Program-made: the position numbers and the translations under genes | Notes under the pieces: model-generated | What the model was told of the DNA's origin: nothing | Seen by the model: the letters and a program-made list of their open reading frames with translations, nothing else | Databases searched by the model: none | Virus record (IMG/VR): IMGVR_UViG_3300048930_000242 | Location: 32,001 to 96,000 of that record | From: a virus | Direction: 5' to 3' (one strand) | Length of the DNA stretch: 64,000 bases | Shown here: piece by piece, positions 26,672 through 35,387 of the stretch | Position numbering within the stretch: position 1 is the first letter of the stretch | Layout: the number at the start of each line of letters is the position of its first letter

Positions 26672-29657
26672 AGATGAAATAGACCGGCTTATCAAGTCCA
26701 GACCCGTTATTGAACAGCGCGTCTAGCTCATGATCACGAAGGCTTAGGTTCCAAAGCGCGAAATGAGCCATGGAGCCATGGAATTTCAAATCTGGATCAA
26801 GGCCATCTTCTCCGATGTTACAATTGCCGGACGTGATATTCAGCACGGTCGCCATAGGAGTTGAAACCGAGACTTTGCCGAGGGCGGTGGATCTCACATC
26901 GAGCTTAAGATCAGTTTGATCGTAGCGAACGGTTACCATAAACCACTGGTCTTCGTAAACAGAACCGAGAGCTGTCTCTAGATTTGTTGTGGTCGTTCCA
27001 TTTCCGCATCGAGCCCGTAGTTTGAAATCCAGTCCGACTTTTTCTACCATAAGGTGAAGCGTTGAATCTTCAAGAGTTGGATTCGAACTCAAACTTTCTC
27101 CAAACCAACAGATCACGTGATCGCCGGCAAGCTGCTTGAATTTCATCCAAACATTCACAGTAAACGGATCGCCGGCAACTGGAATGAAAGTCGCTGGGTC
27201 AAAATACGTCGACATGTACATTTCTTCGTCGTACGCGCCAAAATTAGGAGTCTTCAGATTATCAAACGGTGCGGTGTCTTGATAATCTACTTCTAGGAAG
27301 TAACCTTCTAGATCGGCAGTTCCCCATACCGGAGACCATATTCCGTTGTACATGTCATAAGTGTCTCTTTCAAGAGTCCACCAAACCAAGCATTCCGAAA
27401 TGGATGTGGCGAGCTTAGACGGAATTACTTCAAGCGGAGCGTCCACCGGCCGAAGCAACTTATAAGTCTCGTCTGGGCCGACCATTGGCTTCAAGATCAT
27501 TCCAGTCGATCTGTCGGCTCGAAGAACAAACAGGTCCAAGACATCTCCAGCCGCCGGGCTGAAGTTAAGGAGCAGAGTTCTAGTTCCAAGCGAATTCTGT
27601 ATGTTATAGTCTTGGCCAGGAATCAAATTCCAGCCCTTATGGAATGCCAATAGAGATTCGTCTTTTTCTGGCAACGAAGTCCATGACACGCTGGTTTGAC
27701 CGGCAGTCAATGTGATCGCTGTTCTATTCTCTTCAACGTCTCCCATATCTCTTTCTGAGAGGTAGACAATTTCGAAGAGTGGCTTTGACACGATCCAAGG
27801 CCTTGGGAAGATTCCAAGAGAATTATAGTCGAGTTTGATCACTCGTTGACCTTCCACCACCTCGGTAGAAATTGTGGCCAACGGCTGCTTGATCAGTTTG
27901 CCGTCATGGAAAACCAAGGCGACTTTTCCGGAAGTTCCACCATTGGTCCAATCAGCATCTACTGGCTGCGATCCGTATCCAGTATGATTTCCAACAATTG
28001 TAGTCTCGAAATCGGCATCGATCGTCAAGACCTCGGATCGGACTTCTCTTCTGGCTAGATTACGGCAATACGCTTGATCAGATTCAGCGATAGTGAAATT
28101 CTCCATAGTTTCAATAGAGAATCCACCAAAACCAATGGAAGCGACTTGATCAGCGTAACCAAAGACTCTGGCTCCATTATCGACATGCCCGTAAACTTGT
28201 TCATTTCCGCACGGCATTTTGTATCCACCAAACGAGACAAAGAGATTGAACTGCGGTTCATCTCTCTCGATTGTGGTCATCGTAATCGAATCCATCAAAA
28301 ATGCATCAGAATAGACTCGTGCGAATGCTGGACTATCTAGATCCAAGAAGAGCTCTCCAACGTCCACATAGGACTGGACAAATGAAGAGAATCCGTATTT
28401 TCTTGGAAGCTGAATCATCACGATCTCTTCAGCATCATCATCCATCGTTCTATCAATATGGATGGTGAGAGTTCGAATCAAATCGATCTCTTCGTCTCCA
28501 TCAGGATCAATCACACCTGGATCTTCTTCGGTGACTCGAGCGAAGATCTTGAAGCCGGCCGGGTGAACGTTCATCACCAGCGGATTCACAATGTCGGAGA
28601 TCTCATTAGGTGAGATCACGTCATAAGAAAACTCTTGCCAGTAGTAAGAGTCTTGAAGTCGCTTGGTCGAAGACGGCATTCCATCATCGGTCAAGAACGA
28701 CCCTTCTTGGAACTCAATGCCTCCGAGCGGAATCCAGAGATCCACAGTGGTGCCGTCGGTCTTGGTGATTGTAACAGTCTCGCCGGGAGTGAACTCTCCG
28801 GAATGCGCCAAGATTTCGATGACCGGACCTGACCGAACGGTTCCTAGCCATGCCGTCTGCTTGGAAGTCTGACCGTACATGGATGCGTCGAACAGCCCCT
28901 CAAGGCCCTCGGTGTCCAAGAGAGCCCCTCCGAGCGCCTGCAGCTGGGTTACATAAGGAACATACCAAGTGTTATAGGAGGCCCGTACAAGGTCAACCTT
29001 AGGGAGGTAGATTCTGGAGAACGTGTTGAAGACCGAACGGAAGAAGAACTGGATCGAGTTCTCGGTTCCCTTCGAAAGGTAGAAGTCCTTGATGTTCTTC
29101 AGGAAGGTCCGGAGGTCATAGGCCGTTGTGGCTGGAAGGTCTCGACCGAGCTTGATCTTCAGAAGTTCGACGAATTCTTGCTCGGTCTGATCGATGTCCG
29201 CCGTCTCAAGAAGATTCTTGAGGATGTGGTATGGGCCAGGCTGCGGCACTCCTTCTGGAGTGTACCGCTTCTCGATGAAGTCCAAGAAGGTCTCGGCGAA
29301 TTCCACGAAGGTCGGATACGCATCGAAGACGAACTGCGGGATCATCTGGTAAGAGAGCGCGCGAAGAGTCTTCTTCTCGGCCACAAACGAGCGACCTACC
29401 AGATTCACTCTGATAAGGTCAGAAAGATTTACAATCGCACCGGTTGGATTGTAGGAAGGTCCCTGCTCCAGAAGTAGTTCGAAACTTGGCTGGAACTGGA
29501 TTGAGACCGGAACAGTTAGCTGGTTTGAACCGGGTCCAAAGGCGAAAATTGGACCGGTGATTCCAAGATCAACAGACACACTAAGTTCACCATCGACTGA
29601 TTCGATAGGAAAACCGAGAGTGCCTAACCCAAGCGAGCCAGTTCCAAGAGTGCTCAT
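26670..29657 (-). CDS. Baseplate wedge gp7-like with C-terminal LamG domain
   Basis: KNIKDFYLSKGT.NSI.FFFR, LQDSYYWQEFSY, HPAGFK; LamG-like C-terminus. Confidence 0.8.
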   Translation of the reverse strand: MSTLGTGSLGLGTLGFPIESVDGELSVSVDLGITGPIFAFGPGSNQLTVPVSIQFQPSFELLLEQGPSYNPTGAIVNLSDLIRVNLVGRSFVAEKKTLRALSYQMIPQFVFDAYPTFVEFAETFLDFIEKRYTPEGVPQPGPYHILKNLLETADIDQTEQEFVELLKIKLGRDLPATTAYDLRTFLKNIKDFYLSKGTENSIQFFFRSVFNTFSRIYLPKVDLVRASYNTWYVPYVTQLQALGGALLDTEGLEGLFDASMYGQTSKQTAWLGTVRSGPVIEILAHSGEFTPGETVTITKTDGTTVDLWIPLGGIEFQEGSFLTDDGMPSSTKRLQDSYYWQEFSYDVISPNEISDIVNPLVMNVHPAGFKIFARVTEEDPGVIDPDGDEEIDLIRTLTIHIDRTMDDDAEEIVMIQLPRKYGFSSFVQSYVDVGELFLDLDSPAFARVYSDAFLMDSITMTTIERDEPQFNLFVSFGGYKMPCGNEQVYGHVDNGARVFGYADQVASIGFGGFSIETMENFTIAESDQAYCRNLARREVRSEVLTIDADFETTIVGNHTGYGSQPVDADWTNGGTSGKVALVFHDGKLIKQPLATISTEVVEGQRVIKLDYNSLGIFPRPWIVSKPLFEIVYLSERDMGDVEENRTAITLTAGQTSVSWTSLPEKDESLLAFHKGWNLIPGQDYNIQNSLGTRTLLLNFSPAAGDVLDLFVLRADRSTGMILKPMVGPDETYKLLRPVDAPLEVIPSKLATSISECLVWWTLERDTYDMYNGIWSPVWGTADLEGYFLEVDYQDTAPFDNLKTPNFGAYDEEMYMSTYFDPATFIPVAGDPFTVNVWMKFKQLAGDHVICWFGESLSSNPTLEDSTLHLMVEKVGLDFKLRARCGNGTTTTNLETALGSVYEDQWFMVTVRYDQTDLKLDVRSTALGKVSVSTPMATVLNITSGNCNIGEDGLDPDLKFHGSMAHFALWNLSLRDHELDALFNNGSGLDKPVYFI

Positions 29658-29681
29658 TTACGAGTTGTCCGATTTGTTAAT

Positions 29682-29765
29682 TCAAAGATGATTGTCAAGC
29701 ATCACCGTCGCGTTAGTGTTCGCGGTTGGAAGCGTGTCCAGTGTAATAGGATAAGTGCTTGGCAT
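29682..29765 (-). pseudogene. 27-codon truncated paralogue of the 31341..31874 gene
   Basis: MPSTYPITLDTLPTANTNATVMLDNHL* versus MPSTYPTSLDSLSTTSANATPSENTHP; same RBS. Confidence 0.7.
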
Positions 29766-29778
29766 TGTGATTCCTTGA
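29749..29778. repeat. 30-bp direct repeat, copy 1 (28/30 identical to 31858-31887)
   Basis: GGATAAGTGCTTGGCATTGTGATTCCTTGA. Confidence 0.85.
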
Positions 29779-29802
29779 AAATGTTATGCGGCTTGATTAA
29801 GA

Positions 29803-31350
29803 CTACTGTGGCAACAGAAGAGAACGAATAGTTGCTCTGCTTGCCTGGTGCGAAGAATAGATCACAGACCCTGCTATCAGACCATCAAAATGAGCGTCAC
29901 CGTGGTGGCCTGAACCAATTCTTGGGTCGGACACGAGGGTAAGGGTGTTAAGCCCTAAGTAGTTTTCGAGTCCGTTGATCCACACATACCAATCGTTAGT
30001 GGCCGCCCTCGCATTGTACATGTGAGGATTCGTCAAAGAGTTAGCAGGATTGCCGACTGTCACTCGGACTGCGCTACCAAATCGATCATATATCAAACCA
30101 TCCGTGAATGGATAATGAGAAGACGAAGACCCGACTGCGTCTGAATAGCAAAACGGGTGGCCGGACCGAGCCGAAGAGCTTGGAGGATCCAAAGTGGTTT
30201 TTACCCCACCGAATAATTCAATCGCAGTCAAACCGCTGACGCTAACATCATTAAAGTAGGCCGGGGTTCCTCCGATATAGAATCTAGGAGCGAACGTGTT
30301 TCCGACGACTCCAGACATCACACCGGCGTCGCAGATCACTGGTTGGCTGGCCGCTGTGGTTTGCGTTAGGTGTCTTCCATTTCCAGACTGATCGTAAATC
30401 GTAGTCACATAACCAGTGGACATTCCGCAATGAGCGAGAATCGCAGTTTCGTTCACCCGTCCATTTGGCTTATAGCCAATATCTACCTCTGCGTTATCCG
30501 AGGAACGACGAACTCGAATCAAGTTCCCGGTGTATGAAGTCAGAAGCCTTCGAGTCCAACGTGCAGCCCATAGGCCGGAAGTGTAAGAATCAAGCGCCGG
30601 AACAAATGAAGTGGAAAGAGCGGCATCATGAAGAGCTAGCATGCCATCTGCTCTGATGTCAGAATTGAACACGGCGACTTCATCGATGCGGCCATCTACT
30701 TTATATTGACCGGAGGCCCACATACCAATGAAGATTTTCTCGGTGGTTCCTGATAGATTAAGCGACCCGGCTACCGTGCCAGTGACTCCAGATTGCATTC
30801 CATTGACAAAAACGGTCACGACCCCAGTAGAAGACCGGGTGAATCCAATAGAGTATGTGACTCCTGTGGTTATCGCTCCTGACGCGCCATAAACTGGAGT
30901 GCCACCAAAGTATGCGTAGACTTGACCGGCCGAGGAAACCCAAATCGAGAGACCTTCTCTTCCAGCGGAGCCATCTCCTAATAGAAAGATGCATCGGCCA
31001 TCGCCGGTCAGAGAATCAAGATTTATGAGGGCGAACATACTACAAGGTTGATTGTTTCCGCCAAACGCGGAATCCATTGCGGCGGCGTATGACGCGGTTG
31101 TTTGCCCAATGTAATGGCTAGTCCCATTGAAGTCCCAGCATTTGCCAACGCTGTCGAGTCCGGCGATGTTTTGTGTCGCTCCTCCGAAATCGATATGACG
31201 GGCGTTTCCTGAAGAGTCCAGCGCACCGGAGCCGCCAGACGTTTCTTCTAGTCTATAATAGGCCCACGGAGAACGTGCGGTGATTTCATTATAGACCGTT
31301 GGATTGGATTCAACCAACGCCATAATGAATGGATTTACGATCATCCCCAT
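29803..31350 (-). CDS. Receptor-binding adhesin with LamG/concanavalin domains
   Basis: WAYYRLEETSG, GRIDEVAVF, IRVRRSSDNAEVDIG, YDQSGNGRHLTQ. Confidence 0.75.
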   Translation of the reverse strand: MGMIVNPFIMALVESNPTVYNEITARSPWAYYRLEETSGGSGALDSSGNARHIDFGGATQNIAGLDSVGKCWDFNGTSHYIGQTTASYAAAMDSAFGGNNQPCSMFALINLDSLTGDGRCIFLLGDGSAGREGLSIWVSSAGQVYAYFGGTPVYGASGAITTGVTYSIGFTRSSTGVVTVFVNGMQSGVTGTVAGSLNLSGTTEKIFIGMWASGQYKVDGRIDEVAVFNSDIRADGMLALHDAALSTSFVPALDSYTSGLWAARWTRRLLTSYTGNLIRVRRSSDNAEVDIGYKPNGRVNETAILAHCGMSTGYVTTIYDQSGNGRHLTQTTAASQPVICDAGVMSGVVGNTFAPRFYIGGTPAYFNDVSVSGLTAIELFGGVKTTLDPPSSSARSGHPFCYSDAVGSSSSHYPFTDGLIYDRFGSAVRVTVGNPANSLTNPHMYNARAATNDWYVWINGLENYLGLNTLTLVSDPRIGSGHHGDAHFDGLIAGSVIYSSHQASRATIRSLLLPQ

Positions 31351-31874
31351 AGGAGAGAAACCTTCAAGCCCTTGGCTGTGCCGTCTCCGAGGCCGTCGAT
31401 GTCAATTGTAACTTCGTCATCGTCGGCGAAAGCCGGAACAGAGATCACGGCCGGAGTGGTTGCCGTCAATGAGGTCTTATGGGTGTTGTCGATAGTCAAC
31501 TTGGTGCTCAAGACCGTCGTGCCGTTCTTGTTGACGTCGACGGTCAGAATAGAACCGGAAGTCTGGGCGGTCGACAATGAGCCTCGGACACCGACAAGAT
31601 TCTTGGCTCCAATGATTCGGAACGTGACCTTTGCGGTGCCGGCGGTAAGAGCGGTGGATTCATCGGAGCAAGCGACTGTGGTGACGTCTACATCCTCCAG
31701 TCGCTCCTTGACGGTCGTTCTGGAGCCGGATGGAATGGTGCCAAGTTCGGCCTCAATCTTGTTGATCGCATCGTTGGCGTCATTATGAAGAGCCGGATGG
31801 GTGTTCTCGGACGGAGTCGCATTCGCACTGGTGGTCGAAAGTGAGTCCAGAGAAGTTGGATATGTGCTTGGCAT
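31341..31874 (-). CDS. Short fibre/adaptor protein paired with the adhesin
   Basis: HNDANDAINKIEAELG; C-terminal ACSDESTALTAGT...GLKV domain. Confidence 0.65.
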   Translation of the reverse strand: MPSTYPTSLDSLSTTSANATPSENTHPALHNDANDAINKIEAELGTIPSGSRTTVKERLEDVDVTTVACSDESTALTAGTAKVTFRIIGAKNLVGVRGSLSTAQTSGSILTVDVNKNGTTVLSTKLTIDNTHKTSLTATTPAVISVPAFADDDEVTIDIDGLGDGTAKGLKVSLLWG

Positions 31875-31887
31875 TGCGATTCCTTGA
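31858..31887. repeat. 30-bp direct repeat, copy 2
   Basis: GGATATGTGCTTGGCATTGCGATTCCTTGA. Confidence 0.85.
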
Positions 31888-31898
31888 TTAAGCTCTAT

Positions 31899-31906
31899 TA
31901 TCTATG
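31899..31906 (-). promoter_or_regulatory. Putative late promoter CATAGATA
   Basis: Intergenic, upstream of the ATG at 31874. Confidence 0.55.
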
Positions 31907-31915
31907 AAACTGAAA

Positions 31916-32278
31916 TCAGCCAGGATGGACCCTTGGGATGATTATGTCTCTCTCAGTTGAGATGCCCATGATCTGTACATCATACCCTTGTGTGCGAGCT
32001 GACAAGCCGGTGAATGCGTAGGTTCCATCTCCGGCCGATATGGTTTCATCAACCAGCGCGCCGGTTTCTCTGTCATATAGGCGGATCGTCCTAGAGACAG
32101 GCCCGAGACCATTGAGAACCAGACCATTAGGAGCGTCGCCACCGATGCGCAGAGAACCAGAAGGGATTCCAATGATCCAAGCAGTGTCAAAAGACGGCGG
32201 CAAAGCGGCTTGGCCTACCGGATAATTAGGCGTCCTAATGCTAAGATTTACTTGGACCGAGTCTATGAGAGCTGGCAC
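31916..32278 (-). CDS. Tail-associated small beta-sandwich protein, paralogue B2
   Basis: LRIGGDAPNGLVL...RTIRLYDRETG...GTYAFTGL. Confidence 0.7.
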   Translation of the reverse strand: MPALIDSVQVNLSIRTPNYPVGQAALPPSFDTAWIIGIPSGSLRIGGDAPNGLVLNGLGPVSRTIRLYDRETGALVDETISAGDGTYAFTGLSARTQGYDVQIMGISTERDIIIPRVHPG

Positions 32279-32281
32279 CTA

Positions 32282-33148
32282 TCACTCCCAAATCCATGCC
32301 GATCGATTATTGTTGGCATTGGCTCCGCCTTGGGCCGTGTTTCCTGGTCCGGCCGCATCAGAAAGAGATAAGAAAGTTCTAGATGTCACTCCAACTGGGA
32401 CCAAACTAAAAGTTGTCTCCGTTCCTATTTCAGCGGCGTAGAATGTCACAAAATATGGAATCACAACTGAATCAGGCACCCCGTAAAAAGCCCTATAGAC
32501 CGTAGGGTTACCACTCACTATTGTCGCCGAAAGAGGATGAGGAATCAAACTAAACGAGGTATCAACAGCTTGAAGAACTCCATTAATGAACATTCTTCTT
32601 TGAAGAACAATGGTTGTCGCTTGGGTGAAGAAAAACATCACGCCATCGGCAGTTGGAGATCCTGTAGAATTTACAGTTCTTACAACCGCGAAAAACAAAG
32701 AAGCGTCTACCGAATATCGACGAAAGGCGCTAAACCAAGCGCATCCATCCACCTTACACGCGAAAAGCGGATAAGTTGAAACTGTAGGGGCAACCGAACT
32801 TCCAATCTGAGTTCTAGGAAGGAAAGAAGTGCCGCCTATTGTTCCAGTTCCGTTTGATGAAGATCCAGCGGTCACCCACATAGATGGTCTTCCAGCAGAC
32901 CCAGTTCCATACTCAATTTTCAAAATGATCGGATTGGTTCCGTGAAGAGAATCATTGAGATATCTGATTTCATATCCGGCGGCCGTGGATGTTCCTGGAA
33001 TAGTAGTGGTCAACCAATCGATCTGCCCTGTGTCTGCCGTCTTAGTGAGTCCAATTGCGTCAAGCTGAGCAGAAAGAGCGGAACCCCAGACTCGAAACCC
33101 AGCGGTTGAACTATGATCCATCACGGCCGTTCGTGTATCAGTCGTCAT
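32282..33148 (-). CDS. Tail-associated protein, paralogue A2
   Basis: DHSSTAGFRVWGS...ADTGQIDW...GYEIRYLNDSLH. Confidence 0.7.
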   Translation of the reverse strand: MTTDTRTAVMDHSSTAGFRVWGSALSAQLDAIGLTKTADTGQIDWLTTTIPGTSTAAGYEIRYLNDSLHGTNPIILKIEYGTGSAGRPSMWVTAGSSSNGTGTIGGTSFLPRTQIGSSVAPTVSTYPLFACKVDGCAWFSAFRRYSVDASLFFAVVRTVNSTGSPTADGVMFFFTQATTIVLQRRMFINGVLQAVDTSFSLIPHPLSATIVSGNPTVYRAFYGVPDSVVIPYFVTFYAAEIGTETTFSLVPVGVTSRTFLSLSDAAGPGNTAQGGANANNNRSAWIWE

Positions 33149-33156
33149 AAATTTCC

Positions 33157-33660
33157 TTAGAATCTAATTCGAAGAACACCGTTCAGCTGAGGAACCGGTG
33201 TGAAGTTTGTATCCATATCTATGGTGAATGTCAGCGGCACTTGTACAGTCATCTGATCGTATGGAATGAACAACGAGTCCATTGTAACGACCAATGGAAC
33301 TGGAACCGACATCAGTATTGGATTAGAAGCCTCAAACTCGGTGTTAATCGAGGAGGTCAAGTCGATATTGATGTCGATCTGGAGTTCACCAGCTGACAGC
33401 GCATAAATCGATGGAACAAAAATGTCTGTCAAGACGGCAGCCATCTGGCCGCCGTCCGGAGGAACATAAAGGTCGCCGCCAACGTCGGTGAAATCCGGAG
33501 GAATGTATCCAATCAAGAATCCACCGGCGTCTGTGAATGCAGGTGCTGTGTATCCTTCCTCTAGAAGGCCACCGGCATCAGTATACGGAGGCGCCGATCC
33601 GTAGCCGGATATTAACTCGGCACCAACTTTGCTGAACAGAGGAGGAGTATAGAAGCTCAC
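33157..33660 (-). CDS. Tail-associated protein with YxPPxFTDxGG repeats (start GTG 33660)
   Basis: Four to five imperfect repeats; GTGA overlap with the upstream stop. Confidence 0.6.
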   Translation of the reverse strand: MSFYTPPLFSKVGAELISGYGSAPPYTDAGGLLEEGYTAPAFTDAGGFLIGYIPPDFTDVGGDLYVPPDGGQMAAVLTDIFVPSIYALSAGELQIDINIDLTSSINTEFEASNPILMSVPVPLVVTMDSLFIPYDQMTVQVPLTFTIDMDTNFTPVPQLNGVLRIRF

Positions 33661-34031
33661 CCAGGCTGAATTCCGGGGAACCAAACATCGCGTTCACCGT
33701 TCGCGACGATTCCTCGAATGCAGACGTCATATCCTTCAGCTCTGGCGAAAAGCCCGGACAGATTATAGGTTCCATCTGGATTTGACATAACTCTCTTCAC
33801 ATGGAGCAAAACCGGAGGATTATTGACTGTATCTCTGGTGAAGACATCTACGATTCTCTGAACAGGAACTCCGTCCAGTAGAACAAGTCCATCTGGAGAA
33901 TCTCCGCCAATTCGAAGAGGTCCATTATTAGACCATTCAACTGTTGCTGGTTCCATGTGAACCGTCAAAGTCGATTGCGTCGGCAGACTAAGAGGGGCCG
34001 AGACGGTATTTTGATAAACGACAACAGCCAT
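33657..34031 (-). CDS. Tail-associated small protein, paralogue B1
   Basis: LRIGGDSPDGLVL...DGTYNLSGL.AR.EGYDV. Confidence 0.7.
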   Translation of the reverse strand: MAVVVYQNTVSAPLSLPTQSTLTVHMEPATVEWSNNGPLRIGGDSPDGLVLLDGVPVQRIVDVFTRDTVNNPPVLLHVKRVMSNPDGTYNLSGLFARAEGYDVCIRGIVANGERDVWFPGIQPG

Positions 34032-34044
34032 TTGTGTCTATTCC

Positions 34045-34914
34045 TTAACTGCTGTATCTCATAGCGTATCGCAAGACGGAATTTTGGATGCCTAAAGGCG
34101 CATTCGGGCCACCAATACAAACAAATGTTCTTGCGGCTACTCCAACAGGAGTCGCCACGAATGTACTATTGTTTCCAATTTCGTCATCACGGTAGATCAA
34201 AACATTTCCTATCACCCTGGCCTGAGGTTGAAGGCCGATAGTTGGAAATGCTTGAACATCTCCTCCGCCAATAGAAGTGGTGCTACCACCTGTTGGATAG
34301 CAACCGTGCGAAGCGGTTCCGTCATTTATAGACGAGGCAATATACGTAATTCTATTCATTGTGTTTGGAGGTGTGTAATAGTAGAAATGGAAACCTTGAG
34401 AATTTGGGGTTCCATCTGTGGATTCGGTACGACAAAGAAAGAAATGGCCCATATCCCATCCGTCAGTAACTCCGGACCTTTTCAATACCATTCCAAAAAA
34501 TCCCGGAGCTACGCAAACGTGGCTTAGCCTGTTAATCACAGTTGACGCGATCGTGTAATTGTACGTGCAAGTTGTTTGGCCGAGATATGTAGTTCCGCTT
34601 AATGTGCCGGCACCATTTGTGGCCGAGGCGACCCCAACGCTAACAAGAGGCATAGTGGCTGTTCCAGCAGTACGATATTCGATGCGAATGTAACACGGTT
34701 TGGTTGCATGCAGTGAGTCGTTTAGATAGCGAATCTCATAACCACCGAGTGCGTTAATTCCGGGACGAGTCACAGTTGTCCAATTAATTTGGCCTGTATC
34801 AGCAGCCAAGGGCAAGCCAGCCGCTGTTAGTTCGCTGGAAAGTTCCGAACCCCACGCTCTGAATCCAGCATCAGATGTATGATCGATGACCGAATTGAAT
34901 GATCTTGCTGTCAT
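34045..34914 (-). CDS. Tail-associated protein, paralogue A1
   Basis: DHTSDAGFRAWGS...ADTGQINW...GYEIRYLNDSLH. Confidence 0.7.
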   Translation of the reverse strand: MTARSFNSVIDHTSDAGFRAWGSELSSELTAAGLPLAADTGQINWTTVTRPGINALGGYEIRYLNDSLHATKPCYIRIEYRTAGTATMPLVSVGVASATNGAGTLSGTTYLGQTTCTYNYTIASTVINRLSHVCVAPGFFGMVLKRSGVTDGWDMGHFFLCRTESTDGTPNSQGFHFYYYTPPNTMNRITYIASSINDGTASHGCYPTGGSTTSIGGGDVQAFPTIGLQPQARVIGNVLIYRDDEIGNNSTFVATPVGVAARTFVCIGGPNAPLGIQNSVLRYAMRYSS

Positions 34915-34958
34915 TGTTATCTCCGAAAGTTACGCTGATAATTACTTCGCCACACTAT

Positions 34959-35375
34959 TTAGGCTACCGAGATTGTGCCTGAAACGATATTCACCACACC
35001 ACCAAGGGTGATTGCCGTGGTTGGAAGCTTCAATTCGGCCGCCGAGAGAAGGTCACCGACGTCGATGTCCATCACGAAGTTGCCATCCGAGTCGACCAAC
35101 CGAGCCCATACGGCCGTGCCGGTCGCATTCGCCGAAGGATCTTGGACCGGAAGACGGAGCGTCATCGAGCCACCAGAAGGGTCGGCAAAAGAGCCCGGAG
35201 CGGTGTCAACGAGATCCAACTCGGACAAGAGAGTCTGAGTGGTGATCGCCACGCCGGTGCCAGGCCGTGGAGCATTATAGAGTCTGATCTTACCTGGACC
35301 GGAGCCGGCGTCGATAAGAGAGCGAATACCGGCCAGAGCCGAGTTCTTTACTGATGTAGAGATTCCAACTGTCAT
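34959..35375 (-). CDS. Small tail structural protein
   Basis: GKIRLY..PRP, ATGTAVWARL.DSDG motif seen in phage tail modules. Confidence 0.65.
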   Translation of the reverse strand: MTVGISTSVKNSALAGIRSLIDAGSGPGKIRLYNAPRPGTGVAITTQTLLSELDLVDTAPGSFADPSGGSMTLRLPVQDPSANATGTAVWARLVDSDGNFVMDIDVGDLLSAAELKLPTTAITLGGVVNIVSGTISVA

Positions 35376-35387
35376 TTTGCTTTTCCT

